Shown piece by piece: positions 26,831 to 39,225 of a stretch of 64,000 bases of DNA. Origin of the DNA: Takakia lepidozioides (Eukaryota; Plantae; Bryophyta); NCBI GenBank assembly GCA_030704615.1, contig CM060731.1:48422001-48486000 (forward strand), written 5' to 3'. A program made the position numbers and the translations under genes. Below the pieces are notes generated by a model. That model was not told where the DNA came from and made no database searches. It saw only the letters and a program-made list of their open reading frames with translations. Within the stretch, counting starts at the first letter, position 1, and the number at the start of each line of letters is the position of its first letter.

Positions 26831-28290
26831 GTTCCATCTCCTTAGGCAGTTGCTGTCCCTAGTTATTGTCTCTAGTTTTTCTGATAGGACCTACCCCATG
26901 TGTACTCTGGTTACGGGGCGGCGTCCCCTTCATCAGCCTCCATGGCATGTCATAGAGGTTATTTTTTCCTCCTTTTAATACATTGGCCTACCTCAGGCCT
27001 TCGAAAAAAGAAAAAAGAAATTGAAATTCCATGCTTCTACGCAGTTCTCCATGTCTTTTTTGTTGCTATGGATGCTTGCCATGTTTGTCTGTCTCTTGTT
27101 AGACATATTACCACAGTTATCCCATCTAAGACAAAAAATTTGGTGGGGGTGGCAGTAATTGACAAAAAAGGTATTTGTCAAGTTAAATAAGCACAGTGTG
27201 AAACTAGCTAGAATAAAGCTAGTTATTTGTATTTAACACTTGGATTTAGGTCAAGTGTTAAATCAGGTGTCAAGTTTAGTTTGACACCTGACCCGTCTTA
27301 TCTTCACGAGAGCGGCAGTCGCGCAGCTCATCTCTCTCGAGTTGAGCCTGCGCGACCGAGCTCCTTCATGCGTTTAGATCTGAGTGTGCTTATGATGGGA
27401 GTGTAGGTTGTTGTGGGGTGGAGTCCCCATAGCTTGAGGTGCCCCTGGCTCGACTTCTATTTTAAAGAGTGATGCTGTTGGATTCATGTTGTTTCTTATA
27501 TCAACACTATGTTTTTAGCTTTCTTATCACTCGAGAGAGATGACCTGTATCTAGTTTTCTAGTGCTAAGCTAGATGTGACGTTTTTGTTTTTAAGCACTA
27601 TTATAATATAGCTTGGTCACGAGAGCCGGTAGTTAGACTGGCAATATGTGCCTAGTGGAGCATAACAGAAAGGCAGGAACCACTCGAAGTGTCGCTACAA
27701 CAGTTCTAGCCTCCTGGGAATGTAGCGGGTCCAAGCTTTTTATAACAAGCAGGTGGGCTGGACCTGCTGTTTGGGTCTAAGAAGACTGGGTCGGCGGATA
27801 GGCCTCTATGGTTCCCAGGTGCAAAGGCCCCGTCTTGGGCTGGATGGATCTTTGGTCGGTGACGGTTACGCTATGGTGAAGTGGCGGATATGTGTAGGAA
27901 CGTCACATGCAAGCGAGTGCTTTGAGCGATTTAATCAAAAGATGATGTCTGAGGACATGTGGCACAGGTGTTCTCATCAACTGTGCAGATTGAGCATCTG
28001 ACAGTTGTGTTTGGCAGGAGTTCTGATCTCAGGGGTGAGCATTTGAAGGCAGGTTTGGAAAGGTTATTGATCTGGAACTCATTGAGCCAATGAGTTCCGC
28101 TTAAAGCCATTTTGCTGGAGGAGATTGCTGATTATTGATGTTCCTGGAGCTTCAGGTGCAGGCCCTGCAATCGCTGGCTAACAAGATTGATTAACAAGCA
28201 GAATCTGACGGGCAATCTGCCGAGAGCCTCATCTGCTTCTCGGAGGGGTTTCCGTAAAGGCCCGGAGGATTTAATCCATACAATGGCAAC

Positions 28291-28564
28291 CTAGGTGAGG
28301 TACCGAATCAACTCTGAAGCAGTGGCTATGGCGCCACCAGTGATTGCCGTGCGAATCATCTTGTCGTGATTAAAAGTGATCACGCTTTGTCACCCTTTCG
28401 TTCTTCAACATTGAGAAGGCCTCTAGCAATGTTCCATGAGCAGCTTCCACCCCTCCAATCTTGATGAAGCCGTCCAAAGTGTAGTTCAGAAAAGGATGGC
28501 CCAAGTCCACCAGCACATCTATAGTGGGAGAGTCAACTCTCGCTGATAGCCTCGAGTGCGGCAT
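28291..28564 (-). pseudogene. OEP16: Processed, internally deleted copy of chloroplast outer envelope pore protein OEP16
   Basis: MPHSRLSARVDSPTIDVLVDLGHPFLNYTLDGFIKIG matches the OEP16 N-terminus. After a deletion and frameshift, DKMIRTAITGGAIATASELIRYLT* matches the C-terminus. Confidence 0.8.
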
Positions 28565-28657
28565 TTCGCTCTGCTTTCCTCACACCCAAGTTCTTTCCTG
28601 CATCGGCAACAAATCTCTGCTGTCGCTGACGGATGGAGAGAGACACGGAGAGACGGA

Positions 28658-28846
28658 GATCTCATTGATGGCAAGAATCTGCCCGTGTGACCTCTTCACC
28701 TTCTTCAACTTCCTGAGGAAGTACCAAAACTTGGACTTTGCCCGCACTTCGTTGGTCGCCCACAACGTCATGCGGTACGCCTTCGGCTGCTCATCGGTTG
28801 GGGTAGGCAGTGCTCGCTCCACCACCTGGTGAAACCAAAAACTCGT
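28658..28846 (-). pseudogene. RPL18A: 5' fragment of 60S ribosomal protein L18a (eL20)
   Basis: [57 protein letters not shown]. The start codon position reads ACG and YQ is deleted. Confidence 0.9.
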
Positions 28847-28923
28847 GGCTCCTGCTTGCTCTCTCTCTCGGATCAGCAGAAGCTAGAAGGAGCGCGAGAC
28901 GGCCAATGCAGGCGCTGCCGTGT

Positions 28924-29415
28924 CTAAAAGGTAGGCTCATAACCATTGGTTGCAATGGCCAGGATGGCGAAACCAATGGCATGACCCAGAGCTCCCCAAG
29001 CAAGCACATCGACGAGGGTGAAACCAGCGGGGTCATTCGTCTTCAAAAAGCCAACGACCTCCTATGCCCGGCTATCACCGGCCTCGAAGTGAGTAACGCC
29101 ATTTTGTACAGGGAGTCCTTGCCTTGCAACATTGTCTCTCTGGAAGGGGAGGAACACAAATCGTCCCAGAAACAGAAGAGCTCTGGTGCTCAAGGAGATC
29201 ACAACCGTTGCATTGCATGTGGTCTTCGCCGAGGACTTGGCGATTCTAGTTTGGCTCGAAAACGACCGGTTGCTCATTGCCAGGGAATCCAATCGGTTGC
29301 CAGATCGCAGGCCGGGGAAGCTGGCCTGGACGGAGGCCACTCTTGCAACCTTCTTGCTTCCGGACAGAGTGGGAATGCCAGTGGCCACCCAGGAAGATGC
29401 AGCACAGGCAGCCAT
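28924..29415 (-). pseudogene. psaG: Near full-length photosystem I subunit G copy with one in-frame TAG (29062-29064)
   Basis: Transit peptide, then [77 protein letters not shown]...NGYEPTF*. Confidence 0.92.
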
Positions 29416-29878
29416 TATTGAAGCAAACCGTATCAAAATCTGCACAAACTGTAGGCGAAGCTTCAGAGACGGGCGCTGTGTGCAAAGATTTGTGCAAGAC
29501 CTGCGAGCTAGAGCGACAAGCCTGTGGTGGTGCACCTGTAACAACAAATGAAACCTGGGAACGGTTTGTAATGGTGAGAACGTTTTGGTGTTAAAAAAAA
29601 AAAAAAAAAAAAACCTTTTGATCTAATTTAAATGATTTAGAGCCTAATTGGTCATAACTTTGTCAGATGGACTCCGTTTGACTCAGTTTTTGGGGGGATA
29701 GCTGCAGAAAGGGGAAATCTACCTATCTTGACCTACCTATCTTGGTTTTAGTTTTTGGGACTCTGCTAAAAATCTAGGGAATTTTTAGAGTGTGAGTGTG
29801 CTATGAAAGATCCACAATTCTGTTTCTAGAACCTGTTCTGGTCTACATGAGAGATAAATCTGGGGATGTACTCCTTGT

Positions 29879-30622
29879 ATGGCTGGGGGAAATGAGGACG
29901 TAATTGAAGGGCAGGTCTCTTCTCTTAGCCTGTGCACACAAGGGGACAGGATTTATGTTTCCCAAGGAACTCAGACTGATTTGAGGGGAGAACAATTGGA
30001 CGAGTTGATTGCATACTGGGAGTCAGGCATTAGCAGTAGACAACAGACTGCTGTAGTTGGCATTGAGGGCCTCAATATCGCCTTGGACAGTCAGAACTCT
30101 GTTGGAGCCAGCAGTTCTGCAGCTGTAGGTGAAATACCAAAGTGGGTAAAAGCTAGGCTTGGAACACAGCCAAAGACAGCCCCGGGGACCAAGGTGTTCA
30201 GCCACAAGGCCGTGGTGTACTGGAGCAGAGGAGCTACACAAGTTTGTGCAATCAGACATGGTTGTAGCCGGATACACTCTGCACAGGGCAACCACGAGCG
30301 GGGGTTCATTAGCAATGACATGTTTGTTGTGCGTGAAGGAGATGCAGTCATTCTCAATGAGGACACCCGCAACCGTCTCAAAGCTTTCGAGTTGAGAGAC
30401 TATCAGACCCTACCTTTGTTTTCTTTAGTGTTCAGTGAGCGGGAGATAGGGGAGTATTGCTTTGTCTCTACCTGGCAGAAAGAGGAGGAGGGTTGGTTAG
30501 AGCGAGCTACTGTAGCTTGGGACAAGGTTAGTGGCAGGTTTCTGGACATAGATATACCTCCTACACCTTACCATCATGCAGAGCGAGGCACTTTGAGAGA
30601 AGTCTGGCAGTTGATAGCATAG
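29879..30622 (+). CDS. Uninterrupted 247-aa orphan ORF upstream of gag (candidate extra ORF of the gypsy element)
   Basis: ATG-to-TAG open frame on the same strand, ~300-400 bp before gag. No recognised domain. Confidence 0.5.
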   Translation: MAGGNEDVIEGQVSSLSLCTQGDRIYVSQGTQTDLRGEQLDELIAYWESGISSRQQTAVVGIEGLNIALDSQNSVGASSSAAVGEIPKWVKARLGTQPKTAPGTKVFSHKAVVYWSRGATQVCAIRHGCSRIHSAQGNHERGFISNDMFVVREGDAVILNEDTRNRLKAFELRDYQTLPLFSLVFSEREIGEYCFVSTWQKEEEGWLERATVAWDKVSGRFLDIDIPPTPYHHAERGTLREVWQLIA

Positions 30623-31000
30623 ATCAGGATTAGATCTTGCTTGGTCGGGCTTCTATTCTTCCCCTCCATCTCTGTACTAGTTTCATTACCTTGTACTTAT
30701 AGTTGCCAAAGCCTCTCTTGGTGGAGGCCAGTCAGTCCGGGGTTTTGGGCTGGGATATTCTACAGGTTAGCACTGCAGATGGATTTTGGTGTGGGGGTGT
30801 TGATGTTTTGATTTCTTGCGTTTGGATCCCCCCCAACACCTGCATGCTTGACTGTGCGCCATGTTGGTTTTGTGTGGGCGTTTGCTTTCATAGGGATTAG
30901 GCCGGATTTGATCACCGGTCAATCCTAGAGTATGTTGTCGGTGGTGAGGCTGGAGTGATGACCAGCAAGACCACCAGTGTTTCTTCTATGTTGAGGCTGG

Positions 31001-33014
31001 GTTGATTACCAGCCAACCATAGGAGTTCTTGCGGTGGATGCAGGTGCAGGTGCCCTGAGCCATTGGGATATGACCCTTAGACTGCAACAGGTGCCCACCC
31101 GTGTCACTATTAGATTAGTGTACTCTGGAGCTGTGGGCACAATCGAGTTGGATGACTTTATCCAGGAGTTCGACAGTTGGTGTGATTTGCAGCAGATGCG
31201 CAATCCACAGCTATTCACCCCATTCATGGCGTGGAAGGGGCTGTTCCAGCATTTGGAAGGCCCGCCTATGGACGATTACCACGAGTTCAGGTGAGGACAT
31301 GAAGCAGAGATTGAGGAGTGGAGGATGTATTGGTCACCTGACTACGTCTCCATTACTGGAGACACGACGCGACCAGTAGCTGCATCAGTACCAATATCTC
31401 CCACTACCAGCACTAGTAGTGGAACAAGTAGTGCCGGTACTTCTGCAGGTGGTACCAGTTCAAAAGGTGCTACTACTCCTCCTGCCACGACTACAACACA
31501 TGTGCCTAGATTCAACCCGGTGGTGGAGTTCTTCCAGGAGTTGCGGAGGAACTACCAAGGTGTACGGACAGAGAAGCTGCGAAGTTTGCAAGACTTCCAG
31601 CGCAAACCCAGTGAGAGTTTGCGAGAGGCCTACACTCGTATGAGGCGCTTGATAAGTGTGACCCAAGGGGTTACTGAAGCTCAGGCAATCCAGTTCTGGT
31701 ATGGAATTTTGGACAAAGAGCTCAGGAGAAGGGTGCGGGATGCAACCCTGTTACAAGCAGCCCAACCCACATTAGCAGATGTGTTTCTGCTGGCTGAGCG
31801 GATTGAGCTCAACATGGTGGAGGAGCGAGTTGTTACCATTGGGTTTGGCAAGGACATGCCTGCACGAGGCGCAGCTGCCAGCCCACAGGCACAAGGGACT
31901 GCCCAACAGCGTGGTCAGGGGGGCAAGGTTTCCCAACCCAAGTTCCATGGAGCTTACAGGGGACCTCAGGTGCAGAGGCCTGTGGCATCTTTTGCAAGCC
32001 AACAGCAACCAGGGGTGATATGTTGGACATGTGGAGGACCCCATGTCAAGAGAGATTGCCCAGAGAGTGGCAAAAGGCCAGCACAAACACAGCCTGCACA
32101 GTTGCAGTGTGGGCATTGTGGCAAGTATGGGCATGGAGATGCCCAGTGTTATGACTTGCATCCTGAGTTGCGCCCAGGTCAGTTCCAAGGGAACAATGGT
32201 GGCCGGGGGCGAGGTGGACCATCCCAGAGAGGACGAGGTGGTCGGGCACGAGGTGCAGGCCAAGGGCAAGCTCAACATGGCCAAGGACGCGGAGGTCAGG
32301 GTGTTGACCAAGGCATGGCCAACCGGCTTCAGCAGCTAGAGCAGAGGCTAGCTGCAATGGCTATAGCTCAGGCGGTACCGACTCCCAGGTGGGATGGTCC
32401 ACCTCCTGCTCCTGAGGGAGGAGATATGGGAGGCATGGGATTCATATGCGGAGCAACACTACCACTAGAGCAGGTGGAGTCTGCTGCAGCCGTGACTCGA
32501 GGAGCAGCACGAGTTCCTGAGCCACGAGGTGCAGAGATGGAGTTGGATTCACAACGTGGGGAGGCAAGCCGTCAAGCGAGGCTGCCTCAGTCATTCACCT
32601 TGGCGGAGACAGTGTCAACGCCATCCATGGCACCTAGTTCTCGCCCGACTGTTACCGAGGCGGAGGTTTCTATGCCATTGGGGAGAGCTACACGTGCAGC
32701 ACTGACACCTGCTGCCAAGGCTAGTGCAGCTGGTGTGTTGTTAGGGGCAGCCACCTCTGTGTGTCAAGCCCCACTGTTCTCGGCAACCATGATTGCGACG
32801 CCGGGGGTAAGACCAGCTGTAGTGTTCAGACTAGCAACAACATTCTGTGAGAGTGGGGAGGTCACTTCATCTTCTGCGGAGTTACTGGAAGGTGTAGTGG
32901 CAGAGGGATCCTCGGATTTGAGGGTCAAGACTGCCACGGCTGCGCCATGGCAAGCTGCAGCTGCCAGGTTGACGGAGCTGCCAGCTAGGCCAGCCTTTGA
33001 GTGCGCCATGGTGA
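31001..33014 (+). pseudogene. gag: gag region of the gypsy polyprotein (in-frame TGA at 31292)
   Basis: Capsid-like LDDFIQEFDSWC and QRKPSESLREAY...AERIE; zinc knuckles CWTCGGPHVKRDC and CGHCGKYGHGDAQC; RGG-rich stretch. Confidence 0.88.
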
Positions 33015-33277
33015 CCTGGGGGGTGCACTCTTTATAAACTGTGCATATCACGTGCGTTCGTCGCCTAATAAAAAAACCCCATGTATACGGGTCCTTGGAT
33101 AATTTATACCCCTCTGTACATATTTTTTGAAGATTATAAAACCCCCTCCTGTAAATATACAAAATTTACAATTTTTAAAAAGTACCCCCTTCTGTATGTA
33201 TATTCTCATTTTCCATCATTAAAAATAACCCTCCAATATGTATATGTATGTTTTTATATTATATCGAATTTATTCAT

Positions 33278-36200
33278 TTAAAACATAATAAAATATAACA
33301 AATTAATTAAAAAAAAATATTTGCCTTTGATAAAGTTGTCAAAGACTTTTCGGTCATTTGCATCAAGTACATATGTGTTTGACTTGACATTGTACTTTAA
33401 ACATGCTAACGCGATAATGGAATCCAAATCAACCATCATGTTATCCGTCAAATCGTACGTATAGACCCCTCCTCGAATTTTTGGTACCATGCTAACCCAA
33501 TCTCCATATGAGAAGGACGCTCCAATAAATCAACAGAATCCCTACATTCTACAAACCGCTTATTGATTTTCTTCCGCATTCTTTGAACCCTGCCCAAATA
33601 CCAAGTGCCTTTGGTTGCTCCTCTGCAGGTTTTCCCTGGTCTGCCTTTCCTGTTTGTAGTTTGGATCGCAGTCTCCTCATCAACAAAAAATACAGCACAA
33701 TCCGAACCCAATCCCAAGCTCGTGGCTTTGTTGCTGGTAGTTGGTTGGTTTTCTCGGCAAAACAACATCGATGCACTTCTTACTCGTGTCAATCTATCCT
33801 TGGATAGAGTAGGGTTGCCATTGAGTTGGCTAACCAAAGTGCTTTTGAATATGGTCTTCCCGTCTACTTTGACAAATGGAACCACCGCCTTCGGTCCATC
33901 TTTCTCTTGTTCAAACTCATCAATGACAGCATCCAGAGTATGTCTCAATTCACTCTGAATAAGTACCTCTTCCGCATGATCATCCAAAGGTTGGCTCAAA
34001 ACATCCTCCATTGAATTCGAAGGCCCGCACACCAATTCATCTTCCACGACCTCATTTTGAATATGTGTGTCTGCATTAAGAGGACAAATAGAATCTATGG
34101 CATCGAAATCATCACCCTCCACTTCCATGCTTTTGAATAGTTCGGCCTCCATTTGTCTCTCAATTGTCCATGGCTCATTATGCGTGTTAATGCTCCTGCA
34201 CTCTCAATCAAATCACACCCGTCATATGTCCTCTCATTCCGTAACATACCTCCCACTTTGCTGAAGAATATTTCACACACATCTGAACCAACAAGGCTCA
34301 AAGGAACTTGCACATGATTAAACTTATCCTTGAACAATTTGAGAACCACGTAGTGGCATGAAATTTGTAAATCCAAGTATGCTTCCCTGCTAATGAAGAA
34401 GGATTTCAGATTATACACCTCGTGGTGGAATAACCACAACTTCCACAATCTGAAAAAAAACGATACCTTCGCAGCAGATTGTACCCTCTCACACAATGAC
34501 ATGTGAGGAGACAAAAAAATGTCGATGTAGCATGAAATGATGTATAGGTAAATTTCAGTACCTTTGGTCCTCTCCCTTCGATGATTCACAGTTGATTGTA
34601 TCTCCCTCAAACAAGCTTGCACCTTCCGAGATGCCAGTCGTTGAGCTGCTGCCCAATTCTGTCGATCTTCTCTTTTAATATCACATTCCCGAAGTCCATG
34701 CTTGTCCACTGAAAATGAATGGTAGACCAATAACACATGATTCAATGTAGCAACCTCATCACCCAACACCAAAGTCCGTGATGCACTGTCCAAGGGATTT
34801 ACCAATTTTTTCCCATTGTGGATGAAGTCCTGATCATGGAGTCCGTATATATCTCCTCCGTTGCACACTCGACATGTAAACAACCATCCTTCCCAAGGGA
34901 TGCAAAATCTACTTCCAGCCCCATTGGCATAATCTTCTAACATCACTTTTCTCCTCCTACTATCTCCGTCTGAAGCATGCCCAATTATAGGCCCAACCAC
35001 GTCCCTCACATATTTGTCCCACAACTGTCTCACCACTTCCCATTGTGATCTCACAAAATTGTTGTCAAATCTATTGCAAGTGAGCTGGATTACCAATACC
35101 AATCGAGGTAATCGTACATGTAGAGGATTTGCTATCAACACTCTGGCGTAATGGGCAACCACATTGTTTTTGAATGCCTCCACAATATGTTCGTACCCTG
35201 ATTCCCCTTCTCCCACTTGCACCACAAAATTTGAAATACATACATGGTTGTCTTGAAGCCCACAGAACCCGAGAAGGGTGTCATCCCTAGCAATCCAACG
35301 TACCAATCGCTTCACAACAGTTTCATCTTCGGCCACCATCACTGGGATGCTTCCCATTGGAATATTTGCATCTTCCATCACATTTCTGTAAATTCCAACC
35401 ACATGCTGAAATATATCATCCCTTTCTCCCGCTTTGTACTTCAAACCTTTCCTCAAAGACCGTCTTGTAGTATCAATAGAAGGACCCCCCACATTTGAAG
35501 CCAAAAAATGATGCAATCTCGGACCCCCCCAAAGCTGCACAGTCTCAAACATTGTTTTTGTGCTAGTACCATACCTCTTCCCTTGTGGAGACCTGTCAAT
35601 ATTCTTGCCCATATCAACAAGAAAATCCCACAAACTTTCTTTTCCTTCAAAATCCCCCCTCCTATGTGCATCAACAATATCACGACAAAATTTGAGAACA
35701 TCTCCTCTTTCAATTGCCTCAATCCCAGACTCCTTCAAACTCCTACATCGCACAGACAAGGATATCACTTTGGTCCTGGCCTCCCACAATTTGAACCTCA
35801 ACTGTCTCAACTCCTGTCAAATTTGAACTCAACTGTCTCAACTCCTGTCTGTTTTTGTAAACTTGTTTGACAATCTCGGCATTTCCAAGATATGACAACC
35901 TTCTTCCCTTGCCAGTATCTCTCTCCCATCTACATTCCATGGCACCTCTTTCTCTATATACCCTCATTCTGAAGTCATTTTCCAAGGGAATGGAAGAACA
36001 TGCTGAACAGCCTTATAGTGTCACGTGGAGGAGGTGCACATTGTGAGTGTCATTACGGAGTTACCCAAGGGTTTTGAGGGGAGTACGGCTACAGGCAGTA
36101 ACAATGAGAGTGGGTTCACAAGACGAGGTATTCGGTTCAGACCACCTTCACCGCCACCCTCAACTACTGTAGAGTCAGACACAGACTCGGAGGCTTCATC

Positions 36201-37745
36201 AACAGGTGTGCAGTTTCATTCGCATTGTTGTGGGACGACATGTCAAGTTTGGAAATGGCTCCCCATCCAATGACACTCTAAAACAATCCGCGTGCCGAAA
36301 CGTACCAACAACCTTATGCTCTTGATTGGTTAGAGTGATGGTTGCATTTGTCAACGGCTCGACATACCACTTCTTTCCTCCCTTGCTATCTTGAAGGAAT
36401 GGTTTCAGACTTATTCTCTGCTGGTTGTACTCCCACCATTCATCCCATAGGCCCCAACACAAACTGTCTCTTCCTTTGTTGCATTGGGACCTTTGCTGTA
36501 ATTGTCAATCCTCGATCAGATCTGCCCGTTGGGCAGCGTCAACACAAGTGTATGGAGTTTGTGACGAGGATGCTCCCATTGTTGATGCCACAATTGGATT
36601 GTCAAGTGGTGGGGATGGCAACATAGGTTGACTGACCAAGAAAGAGCTTAGATCCTGTTGCTTTACATCTTTGGCAATCATAGGCTTTGGAGGCCTTCCT
36701 CTCTTTTTGCAAGGTCCTTCACTACTTCCAACCTTCTGGCAAATCTCTGCATCGACATGAGTTTTCCTTTCACATGCTCTGTCAAAGAAGATTGCAAAGA
36801 ACCTGTCCTTGGAAACAAGAGTAGCCACTTCGAATCAAGTGGGCACCTAATCCTTATGGAACCCAACTGCGAATAGTCTCCAATTGTGGCTTCCACAATC
36901 TCAAATCTGTTTCCAGGATTGTCCTCACAAAACCGAGCGACTTCCTCTAATGCCTCCTTCACCCTGTTCTTCTTTGCATCTAATGCTTCATCTGCATTTA
37001 CAGGGCTGATGACACATTGTGATGAACCCTTCCCATGACGCCTCTCATAGGCTATGCGATGCCCCTCACTCCTCAAATGAGATCTCATAAAGTTTGCACA
37101 TGCATCATATGGTTTGTTTTTCCCATACCGTGCATAAACATCCTCACACTCAACACACCATATGTGGAACATTGCTTGTCCTTGTTGATCCTTTGTCATC
37201 AGCTCAAACTTGTCACATCGTCCTTCTGCAGAGATTTTCCTTTCAACGGCTCTAATTTTTTCTGCCATTTTTGAATATCGTTGGATGTAGCCAATGTGCT
37301 GCACAATCTACCAGATCTCTGCTGAAGTGCATGCTCATGTGCATGGTCTTCATTTCCACCATCGCCAGCAAAGGGTGTATCAGGGTCCATCCTCATCTTG
37401 GTAGACACTGGTGCCGGGTCCTCGCCTGGTCTGTCCTCATGCAAGATCGTAGAACCACTGGAAGATAGAGGTCTTTTCAATCCTTGGTCCCCATCATTTT
37501 GGTCTGAAATCTTAATGTGTACAGTATCCCTTTCAGAACCATCCTCTCTTCTTGTTTGGCTGAAAGGACACTACCCCCCATGGAAAGGAAATGAAATTTT
37601 GCTGAGACAAGCTCATCACCTATAATTTCTGCTCGGATGCATTTGTATGTGACACCTTGCATAGTGAACACAGAACCAAGCCTGTTTGGTGATGCATCTC
37701 CTCCAACAAGCAGGACTTTTACTTCCAACTCTTCTTCCATGATGA
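33278..37745 (-). pseudogene. Frameshifted P-superfamily-like DDE transposase
   Basis: HTH-like GKRY...GGPRL..FL..N..GPS..T.RR; D1 AEDET (~35326); D2 ASDGD (~34969); QDFIHNGKKL.N (DxxH); DRQN...AQRL; E in GSDVCEIFFS (~34273). Upstream frames contain Cys/His fingers and an AT-hook KKRGRPPK. Confidence 0.8.
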
Positions 37746-38397
37746 GTTCACCTGCAAAATGCAATGAAAACATTTCAAATCAGACCTTGATAGACCAATA
37801 ACAAAGCACCCGAGTTGGAAGGTTCCAAAGTCCTGTTTTATACAACCCTATAGGCTGTCCAAGCAGGGACTACGTTGATAAGAGGATGAAATGTATACAG
37901 AAGCAAGTACCTGATTGATGAGTTTGACGTTGCTAATTTTTGCTGCTGCTATTGACCAAATGCTGCTACTTCCACTGCTGGTAGCCCTCTTGGGTGATCC
38001 TGAACCCATAGTCCATCCTTGCATCAGCGGCTAGCCCTCCCTCCACACTAACATATTTAAATACAAAGTTCTGTCAAACTCCCTACGATGTTGCATGAAG
38101 AAAGCTCACCTTGTTGACAATATTGTCCCACCGCTGTGGATCAAATTTATAGAACTCCTGCCAGCGCTGTTCCTTGCTCCGAATCTGGCCCTCTTGGATG
38201 ATTTTGCACCCACGATCCTCTCCCTGCATCAACAGCTACCCCTCCTCCACACTAACAATGCGTACATCATGCCTCTGCAGCTACTACTGTGGCTTCCAGT
38301 TGATCATCTACCCATGCAGGTTTCTTGTAGCTATCCTTCCACATGGAATCATAGGTAATCTGGAGCTTGGAATCCACCATCTGGAAATTTAGGGACG

Positions 38398-38916
38398 ACT
38401 CTGATAACAGGGAAAAACAGGCTGAAATGTGTTGAAGAAGGTACCTTCATTAGCAGTCCCTTGTTCTATCTATTGCGCTGCTGCCGCTGCTATTTCCAGT
38501 TGACCATCTACTCACATTGTCCCACCACTGACTGGGGTCAGAAAAGTATTAATTCCTTGAAAGCTTCTCTCCATCTCTGTTATCTTTTTTTAGGTACTGT
38601 CATGCTACCACCTCGGCAGTAACTTGCAAAGTCACTCCAGAGCACCGCAGATCCACCCAACGAGCTAACTTACAAAATTCAATACATATGCTTCAGGGCT
38701 GAGTCTGATGAGAGGGAAAAACAGGCTGAAACAGGTCAAACCAGAAGGTGCCCTCAGGCTGAAATACGTTGAAGAAGGTACCTTTCATCAACAGTGCCTT
38801 GCTCTATCAATTGCGCTGTTGCCGCTGCTGTTTCCAGTTGACCATCCACCCACATTGTCCCACCATTGACTGGGGTCAGAAAAGTGTCTCATTCCAAAGC
38901 TTCTCTTCATCTCTGT
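38398..38916. repeat. ~180-bp diverged direct repeat inside the P-like element
   Basis: GGGAAAAACAGGCTGAAA...GTTGAAGAAGGTACC...GACTGGGGTCAGAAAAGT...CATCTCTGT at ~38410 and ~38712. Confidence 0.8.
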
Positions 38917-38929
38917 GGTGCTATTGTAG

Positions 38930-39225
38930 GGTGACTTCAATGCCCAAGTGGGCAAAGGGCTCCATCAGGACGATATCATTGGGTCTTCTGGTGAGGACGA
39001 GCTGAATTCTAATGGCAGACGGTTAATTAACTGGCTGGAAGAGCTTCAGCTTTTGACCTTGATTAACAAGACAAGAGGTGACCAAGTGCAGTGGACTCGT
39101 GAGAAATCCCAAACTAGGGAACGTTCCATTGTGGACTATATCATAATGGACAAAATTTTGTTCCCCCAGTGTGCCAATGTGTTGATCGACAGAACTGATA
39201 TTGGTACCTCTGACCACTTCCTGGA
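38930..39225 (+). mobile_element. Fragment of a non-LTR retrotransposon AP-endonuclease
   Basis: GDFNAQVG...NSNGRRL...WT...SIVDYII...SDH, the C-terminal APE motifs. Confidence 0.8.

Noticed and set aside
29062-29064. U-to-C editing rescuing the psaG stop codon
   Set aside because: This is a nuclear locus with other lesions inside a chimeric cassette; plant U-to-C editing is organellar.
29593-29613. Poly(A) tail of the retrocopied genes
   Set aside because: It lies upstream of, and on the opposite strand to, the psaG/RPL18a/OEP16 cassette.
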